Shown: in pieces, positions 57,812 to 64,000 of the stretch | How the letters are laid out: each line of letters begins with the position of its first letter | Numbering within the stretch: position 1 is the stretch's first letter | Assembly (NCBI GenBank): GCA_017531305.1 | Contig: JAFXLG010000069.1 | Span: 17,933-81,932, forward strand | Length of the DNA: 64,000 nt | Reading direction: 5' to 3' | Origin: Alistipes sp. | GTDB lineage: Bacteria; Bacteroidota; Bacteroidia; Bacteroidales; Rikenellaceae | Position numbers and translations under genes: made by a program | Notes under the pieces: model-generated | What the model was told of the DNA's origin: nothing | Database searches by the model: none | The model's input: only the letters and a program-made list of their open reading frames with translations

Positions 57812-60193
57812 TTATTTCTTGATCTTGAACTCCTCGCCCTTGATGTAGAGGTTGAACTCCTTGATGCTACCTGGAGCACCCTCCTCCATACGTGGGAAGT
57901 ATTGGATTGCTGAGATTGTGTGCTCGCCACCCAGATCAATCACAACAGAGTGTGGGAACTTCACACCATCCTCGGTCTTCCAATAGGTTGACTCCTGAAG
58001 GTCGAAGATCTTGTCGGCGTTGCAGTTGTTTTGTGCTACTGACTCGCTGTCGGCATACTTCACAACCCAAGGCTCGCGTGAAAGACGCTCACCCTTCTCA
58101 TCCAAGAGATACATCTCGGCGATACATGCCATAGGCTTGCCATCCTGTGAAGAGAGAGCCTCAAGAGCGATGTAGCGACCCTTTACAGGTGTAGCGAGCT
58201 TATGCTCCTGCCAACCGTTGCCAGCCTTGAAGCTACCCTTGAGTGCAGGATTCTCTGCGCTCAGGTCAAGAGTTTCGCCCTCGGCACGGTGGATCAGAGG
58301 CTTAACCTGCTGCAACTGGTTGATGATAGGCTCAGCCAAACCCTCGCACTTAGCCTCACGTGGACCTACCACATCGAATACGATGATCTCGTTCTCGCCC
58401 TTCTTGAGCCAGCAGCCAGGCATATAGAGTGTCTGCTGAGGACCAATCTCCCAGATTCGACCCATGGCGTGACCATTGACATATACCAAGCCCTTGCCCC
58501 AAGTCTCGAAGTTGAGGAATGTATCGCTTGGCTTCTTCAGATTGAATGTGGCGCGATAGACTCCAGGGATACGCTGACCCTTCTGATCGACAAGCGACTT
58601 GATAGGCTGGAAATTCATATTCTTGTAGAAGTCGTAGGTATCTTCGATGTTGAACACCTGCCAACCACTCTTCAGATTTACGCTAACCTCGGCGTTGCCA
58701 CTATTGAGAGTGTAGCTGAGTTTAACATCCGACACAATACCCTTGAAATCCTTGATTGCACGACCGAAATTGATACGTCCCATAGCCTCGACCAAGATAT
58801 CGATCTGAGAGCCCTCCTTGCAAGCAGGGAGTGTGATTTCGCGCTCGCCGTTGCGGCGGTCGAGCTTGCCGATATATGTGCCGTTGATGAATATCTGAGT
58901 ATAGTCGTGTGCTTCCAAACGCAATTTAGTGCCAGCAGGGATCGTAGGCAGGGTAGCGCGATAGAGTATTGAACCGAAGCCCTGATCATACTCCTCCATG
59001 GTGCGCAAAGGCTCGTTGGTCTTAGCCTCGGGCAGATTTTCAAACAAAGGTGCCATCTCGGTGAATTGGAACTCCTCGATTGCGATTGGCTTGATCAAGG
59101 CAGGAACCTTAGCCTGCTTCTTGCCATCCATATATTTAGCCAAAGCCTTTCTCAGCTCCCAATACTTTGGAGTGGTCTGTCCCGACTCGCTGATCGGAGC
59201 GTCATAGTCATACGATGTCACATCGGGAGCAAAGCCTGGAGAGTTTGCGCCAGCCCAATGTCCCCAGTTTGTACCGCCGTGTGTCATATAGAGGCTGAAG
59301 GAAATACCCTTAGAGAGCATCTCATCAATGCCCGCAATCATGTCGGCAGCGGGGCGTGTCTCGTGGTTTGCACCCCACTTGTCGAACCATCCACTCCAGA
59401 ACTCGCTACACATCAGCGGAGAATCGGGGCGCAACTTCTTTAGGCGTGCAAACTGCTGGTCGATGTTGGCTCCTGTACCGAAGTTCATAGTCCAGATCAG
59501 ATCATCCAGACCATTGTTGGTAAAGTTTGAAGCCCAATCGCACTGGAAAAGAGCCACATTGCCGAAGTTCTCGCGTACTATGTCGCGCACCGCAGCAACA
59601 TATTTCTTGTTGATGCCATAAGAGCCGTACTCGTTCTCGACCTGCACCATGATGATAGGACCGCCGTTCTGGATTGTAAGATCAGCCACCTGCTCAGCTA
59701 CCTTCTTCTCGAAGATCGCCACTCGCTCCAAGAAGTATGGATCATCCTCACGCAGGCGGATATCCTTCTTCTTCAGAAGCCACCAAGGCAGACCGCCCAT
59801 CTCCCACTCGGCACATACGTATGGACCCGGGCGAAGGATTACATACATTCCGTTGGCTTGACACAAGCGGCAGAACTCCGCCAAATCTTGCTGCCCCGAG
59901 AAGTTAAACTCATCGGGACGTTGCTCGTGGGCATTCCAGAATACATACAGACAGACTGTGTTCATACCCAAAGCCTTGCAGAGCTTGATGCGCTGATCCC
60001 AGTAAGGTTTTGGGATACGAGGGTAGTGAAGCTCAGCAGCCTTTACGACAAATGGTTTGCCGTTGAGCAGGAATGTCCCCTTGCCTGCCTCAAATGTGCC
60101 GCCTTTGGTTTGCGCCTGCGCCATTGCTGCAGAGCAGAGCATACTTGCAACTGCCACCAACATGACACTCAGTAATGAAAGTTTCTTTAACAT
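57812..60193 (-). CDS. GH35 beta-galactosidase with C-terminal CBM32/F5-8 domain
   Basis: ELHYPR, RPGPYVCAEW, QVENEYG, SEFWSGWF, YMTHGGTN, TSYDYDAP. Confidence 0.96.
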   Translation of the reverse strand: MLKKLSLLSVMLVAVASMLCSAAMAQAQTKGGTFEAGKGTFLLNGKPFVVKAAELHYPRIPKPYWDQRIKLCKALGMNTVCLYVFWNAHEQRPDEFNFSGQQDLAEFCRLCQANGMYVILRPGPYVCAEWEMGGLPWWLLKKKDIRLREDDPYFLERVAIFEKKVAEQVADLTIQNGGPIIMVQVENEYGSYGINKKYVAAVRDIVRENFGNVALFQCDWASNFTNNGLDDLIWTMNFGTGANIDQQFARLKKLRPDSPLMCSEFWSGWFDKWGANHETRPAADMIAGIDEMLSKGISFSLYMTHGGTNWGHWAGANSPGFAPDVTSYDYDAPISESGQTTPKYWELRKALAKYMDGKKQAKVPALIKPIAIEEFQFTEMAPLFENLPEAKTNEPLRTMEEYDQGFGSILYRATLPTIPAGTKLRLEAHDYTQIFINGTYIGKLDRRNGEREITLPACKEGSQIDILVEAMGRINFGRAIKDFKGIVSDVKLSYTLNSGNAEVSVNLKSGWQVFNIEDTYDFYKNMNFQPIKSLVDQKGQRIPGVYRATFNLKKPSDTFLNFETWGKGLVYVNGHAMGRIWEIGPQQTLYMPGCWLKKGENEIIVFDVVGPREAKCEGLAEPIINQLQQVKPLIHRAEGETLDLSAENPALKGSFKAGNGWQEHKLATPVKGRYIALEALSSQDGKPMACIAEMYLLDEKGERLSREPWVVKYADSESVAQNNCNADKIFDLQESTYWKTEDGVKFPHSVVIDLGGEHTISAIQYFPRMEEGAPGSIKEFNLYIKGEEFKIKK

Positions 60194-60199
60194 AATTGG

Positions 60200-62176
60200 T
60201 TATTTTTGTGTTTTGATTCTCTTAAACTTATACATAGCAAAGCTCTTGGCTCCAACCTGAGTCTTGAGTGTGTTGCCCTCGATAGAGATCTTCGACTCCA
60301 TCGGCTCAATAGCTGTAGGGTTATCTACCGTATTGTCCAAATCGGGATCATCGCTATGGAATGTAGTCAGGCTACCGTCAGTGAGCTGCTCCTTCTTGCC
60401 AAGACCTGCGAAGCATAGCTCCACGGGCTGAGCCTTATCCGAGGTGTTGATAACCTTGACGATGTAGCTTTGGCTATCGCTATCCCATACTGCGCTGGCG
60501 AAGAGTCCGTCTTGACCCTCTACGCCTGCTACGGGCTTACCATCCATAGTAAGAGGTACTACATTTGTTCCCTTGTTTAGGGCATAAAGCTGTTGCACAT
60601 AATAGCTGCATGTACGCACCGAGCGAAGGTTGTCAAACCAGATCATATCGGGACGCCACTGCCAACCCTCCACATGGGCAAACAGAGGTGCGTAGGTTGC
60701 CATGTGTACAATGTCGGCGTTACGCTCGATGTTGGTCATGAAGGCTGCCTCCATGAGTGCGGCATTGAAGTGATTCCACTTCTTACCACGACCATGACAA
60801 GCATATTCGCCAGCAAAAACCTTAGGACCCTCGCGGTCATAAGAGTCATAACGCATACCCGAATTAAGGAACCAAGCTTCAGGGCGGTAGAAATGCTCAT
60901 CTACCAAATCTACCTTGAGTTTCTTCATCTCAGGCCATAGGTATTCGAACTGATCGCCCTCAGAGTTAGGACCTGAGCTACCCACGATCTTGATCTCGGG
61001 ATGAGCTTTGCGCAGAGCCTCGACAAAAGGCTTCAGACGCTCTGGGTATTCAGGACCCCACTGCTCGTTACCGATGCCGAGGAATTTGAGATTGAAAGGC
61101 TCAGGGTGTCCCATCTCGGCACGCAACTTACCCCAAGTGGTTGTTGTGTCGCCGTTGGCAAACTCGATAAGATCTATCGCATCCTGAATGTATGGCTCCA
61201 AATCGCATACTGCAACGTGTGCCTCAGGGTGTCCGTTCTGGAATTGGCAAGCCAAACCGCAGTTCAAGATAGGCAGTGGCTCTGCGCCGATATCCTCCGA
61301 AAGCAGGAAGAACTCATAGAATCCCAAGCCATAGCTCTGGAAATAGTCGGGGAAGAAGCGGTGAGTGAAGGTGTAGTGCCAACGATTCTCGTTGAGTGGT
61401 CGATTCTCTACAGCTCCTACGGTATTCTTCCAATTATAACGAGTCTCAAGGTCTGTACCCTCGACAATACATCCGCCGGGGAAGCGGAATACACCTGGTT
61501 TGATGTCGTATAGTGCCTGCACGAGATCTTTTCTCAGACCATTCTCGCGTCCCATCCATGTGTCAACAGGGAACAACGATATATGCTCCAGATCGAGAGT
61601 GCCACCCGATGTGAGGAAAATTCTCAGATGTGCCTTAGGCTCGGTAAGCGGAGAGCGCAAGATGATCTCATACTTCTTCCACTCCTTAGAGTCAATCTCT
61701 AAATCGCGAGCCGCAAAGACTTGATTCTCAGCCATTGTGTTGTTCTTGATAAGTTCTACGCGGATACGCTGCTTCTCGCCACGCGCCCAAACCGAGAAAC
61801 GATACTCGGCACCCTCCTTTACTCCGATGCCGAAGAATCCTTCATTCTCCAGACCTGTGTGTTTGTGACCGTGTCCCGAATTACCCAGACGTACATAATG
61901 AGGATTACGCTCGAAAGGACCGTCATCCATCAGCTTCACGTTGCCGAATGTTACCCATCCCATCAGGTTTTGAGGGAATTCGAAAGAGCGATTCTTCACC
62001 AACTCGGCATAAAGACCTCCATCGGCACCATAGTTGATATCCTCGAAGAAGAGTCCATACATCGTAGGTTGAATCTGAGCTCCGATCTGGTCGGCTTGAA
62101 TTACCATGTTATGTTGCTGTGCGCAGAGTGATAATGCGCCGAAGAGCGTAACGAGTGTTAAAGTAAGTTTTCTCAT
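60200..62176 (-). CDS. GH51 alpha-L-arabinofuranosidase
   Basis: FFEDIN..DGGLYAE, RFPGGC, IGNE, DEHFY, GEYA, YAPLF. Confidence 0.95.
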   Translation of the reverse strand: MRKLTLTLVTLFGALSLCAQQHNMVIQADQIGAQIQPTMYGLFFEDINYGADGGLYAELVKNRSFEFPQNLMGWVTFGNVKLMDDGPFERNPHYVRLGNSGHGHKHTGLENEGFFGIGVKEGAEYRFSVWARGEKQRIRVELIKNNTMAENQVFAARDLEIDSKEWKKYEIILRSPLTEPKAHLRIFLTSGGTLDLEHISLFPVDTWMGRENGLRKDLVQALYDIKPGVFRFPGGCIVEGTDLETRYNWKNTVGAVENRPLNENRWHYTFTHRFFPDYFQSYGLGFYEFFLLSEDIGAEPLPILNCGLACQFQNGHPEAHVAVCDLEPYIQDAIDLIEFANGDTTTTWGKLRAEMGHPEPFNLKFLGIGNEQWGPEYPERLKPFVEALRKAHPEIKIVGSSGPNSEGDQFEYLWPEMKKLKVDLVDEHFYRPEAWFLNSGMRYDSYDREGPKVFAGEYACHGRGKKWNHFNAALMEAAFMTNIERNADIVHMATYAPLFAHVEGWQWRPDMIWFDNLRSVRTCSYYVQQLYALNKGTNVVPLTMDGKPVAGVEGQDGLFASAVWDSDSQSYIVKVINTSDKAQPVELCFAGLGKKEQLTDGSLTTFHSDDPDLDNTVDNPTAIEPMESKISIEGNTLKTQVGAKSFAMYKFKRIKTQK

Positions 62177-62201
62177 ATTTTGTTCAGTTTTAGTAATTTT
62201 A

Positions 62202-63818
62202 CTAATTCAAAGTATTCTTGGCGAATGTCTTACCTCGCCGCTGGTAGAGAATCTCGATTTCACCTTTCAGACTCTCCTCGGTGAACGAGCCTTCGAAAAC
62301 CACAATCTTTTCACCATAGGGTTTGATGGCTGACAGCTTTGCCTTGCCCAGAAGTTTGCCGTTTGCAGAGAGCATGATATCGCAACCTTTGGATGCAGAG
62401 AGTCCGAAATTCTGCACCTTGAGGTGGATATATCCGTTCTTGAATTGAGGCTTGAGAGCCGACAGGATGGCAGGATTATAGTCCACATACGAAAGTTTGG
62501 CGTAGCCGTAAATCATCTCACCCGACTTCTTTTTGCCTATGAGCTTGGGTGCCCACTCCTCCTCGGTAATGCCGCAACCATGGGCATCGAACATGATGAT
62601 CAGGTCTTTCTTTTGAGGATGTACCGAGATTACTCTCGATCCATATCCGAAATTGACCTTGTTGTGAGAGCCAAATCTCAGCGAACCAAGATCCAGATCT
62701 GTCTGTGGATTAAAACCCTCTTCAGCCTTTACCAAAAGCGCGATCTGCTGCGTGTATTCCGAAATAGGGAGTTTGTTCATTACACTGATTCGTAGTCCTT
62801 TGTTCATCGGGATGCAGATATTCTTCGAACTGTGGTTATCGTTTGGCAGATCATTCCATTTGATGGTGTCAATAACAGCGAAGTTCATCTGCTCAACGCG
62901 ACCATACTCATCCTGAAAGACTTTGGCACGCTCGTATTTAAACCACTTCTCCTGTTTACCATCGCTGTGGAACGAGATATCGGGGGTGTATGCCTCGCCC
63001 GCTTCGGTGATCCAATTTATGCCATCTTTGGAGCGTTGATAGTAGGCGATGCGCCCTAACCAATCGTTTACTATCAGGTGATATTGCAATTCATCGCGCC
63101 ATACCACAGGATCTTCAAAGCGACCATCCACATCGGGATATACTCTCTTGTCGGAGATTTGCTGGTAGGGTGAGATTCCATCCTTGCTGATCCATACGCC
63201 TCCTCCTCGGCAAATCATCAGCTTCGACCCATCTTGACGTGTGGCAAAGGTAAGGTTTGAAAGACCTTCGATTATGCGGCGGTCGCGTTGATCAAACTCG
63301 AAGTGGTTGTAGCTCCAAGGACCGTTCATGTCGTCTGAAATATAGTAGCCGTCAATGACATAGATTACAACCCTGCCATCTGCGAGCATAAATGCTTCGG
63401 GGTTGTGTCCCTTGCCGATCTCTTCGACAATTTTGTATGGACCATGCAGTGATTTCGAAGTGGTGTGATAGACCGTAGAGTTTGGCCAGAACATATGTCC
63501 TTTGGGTGAATTCTCTGCCCAGCCACAGACGTAGAGGTGGTATAATCCGTCATCGCCTTTGAGGATATTTCCTCCCCAGAATGAGATTTTGGGATCCTCG
63601 ATGCCGTTATCTACAAAACGTGGGATGACGTCTTGCGCTCCCCACACGTTAGTTTTGAGCTCGCCATCGGGCATTGGCTTGAAGCGATCCATATATCTGC
63701 CACCAAGAATGAGACGTTCCCACTCAATGGGGCGTACTCTTTCTGTAATTTGAGCATTGGCTGAGCCTATGCTAAGTAGCAGACAGATTATGCAAATAGA
63801 GAGTCTGGTTAGTTTCAT
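62202..63818 (-). CDS. Secreted glycoside hydrolase-like protein, probable five-bladed beta-propeller (GH43-like), family unassigned
   Basis: Signal peptide; WGGNI..GDDGLYHLY, GHNPE, EDPVVW, YERAKV; co-transcribed with GH51/GH35. Confidence 0.65.
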   Translation of the reverse strand: MKLTRLSICIICLLLSIGSANAQITERVRPIEWERLILGGRYMDRFKPMPDGELKTNVWGAQDVIPRFVDNGIEDPKISFWGGNILKGDDGLYHLYVCGWAENSPKGHMFWPNSTVYHTTSKSLHGPYKIVEEIGKGHNPEAFMLADGRVVIYVIDGYYISDDMNGPWSYNHFEFDQRDRRIIEGLSNLTFATRQDGSKLMICRGGGVWISKDGISPYQQISDKRVYPDVDGRFEDPVVWRDELQYHLIVNDWLGRIAYYQRSKDGINWITEAGEAYTPDISFHSDGKQEKWFKYERAKVFQDEYGRVEQMNFAVIDTIKWNDLPNDNHSSKNICIPMNKGLRISVMNKLPISEYTQQIALLVKAEEGFNPQTDLDLGSLRFGSHNKVNFGYGSRVISVHPQKKDLIIMFDAHGCGITEEEWAPKLIGKKKSGEMIYGYAKLSYVDYNPAILSALKPQFKNGYIHLKVQNFGLSASKGCDIMLSANGKLLGKAKLSAIKPYGEKIVVFEGSFTEESLKGEIEILYQRRGKTFAKNTLN

Positions 63819-63871
63819 AAGTTTTAAGGTATCAATTTTGCCACTAATTTCGGTGGACAAAGTATTACAGA

Positions 63872-63941
63872 CAAAGGTAGCTAAATTTATGTAATATAAC
63901 TAATGGTAGTAACGGGAATTTGGAATTATTTCGTATCTTTG
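63872..63941. promoter_or_regulatory. Divergent -7 elements (TACCTTTG minus 63872-63879; TATCTTTG plus 63934-63941)
   Basis: Two TAnnTTTG boxes. Confidence 0.6.
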
Positions 63942-63989
63942 TAAAGTCTTGCAAAGTGTTTGTAATTAGAAATCTAAACAATATAACCT

Positions 63990-64000
63990 ATGAACAAAGA
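63990..64000 (+). CDS. Probable start of a CDS running off the window (MNK...)
   Basis: ATG after an A-rich leader and a -7 box; only 11 nt visible. Confidence 0.4.

Overview
A 64-kb chromosomal segment of a Bacteroidota bacterium, most likely Rikenellaceae/Alistipes-like. This is inferred from TAnnTTTG promoters, an rpmB-rpmG-DUF4295 operon, futalosine-pathway mqnE and a Rikenellaceae-type PyrD. Housekeeping operons (ftsY-rimO, zapA-6S RNA-rny, ribosomal proteins, NAD salvage, tgt-lptG-mqnE-rluD, rpsP-rimM, recG) are interspersed with secreted glycan-degrading enzymes (GH106, CE15, GH29, PL11, GH92, GH35, GH51, an unclassified beta-propeller) and a hexuronate catabolism cluster. I found no SusC/SusD pair, transposase, integrase, tRNA, rRNA or CRISPR array. 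Main leads: (1) a GGCC-specific type II R-M cassette inside ftsY-rimO, with GGCC almost purged from the window except at Trp-Pro codons; (2) a lipoprotein with an NGLY1/PNGase-like GRCGE...HAWVEV catalytic core clustered with GH92, CutC and a secreted FAD oxidoreductase (candidate N-glycan foraging module); (3) an apparently catalytically dead membrane GT2 coupled to an ECF sigma factor with no anti-sigma gene; (4) a PyrD homologue lacking orotate-binding motifs at the head of an NAD-salvage operon; (5) degenerate 7/9-mer tandem tracts in intra-operon spacers. All calls are by-eye motif recognition; no searches were run.
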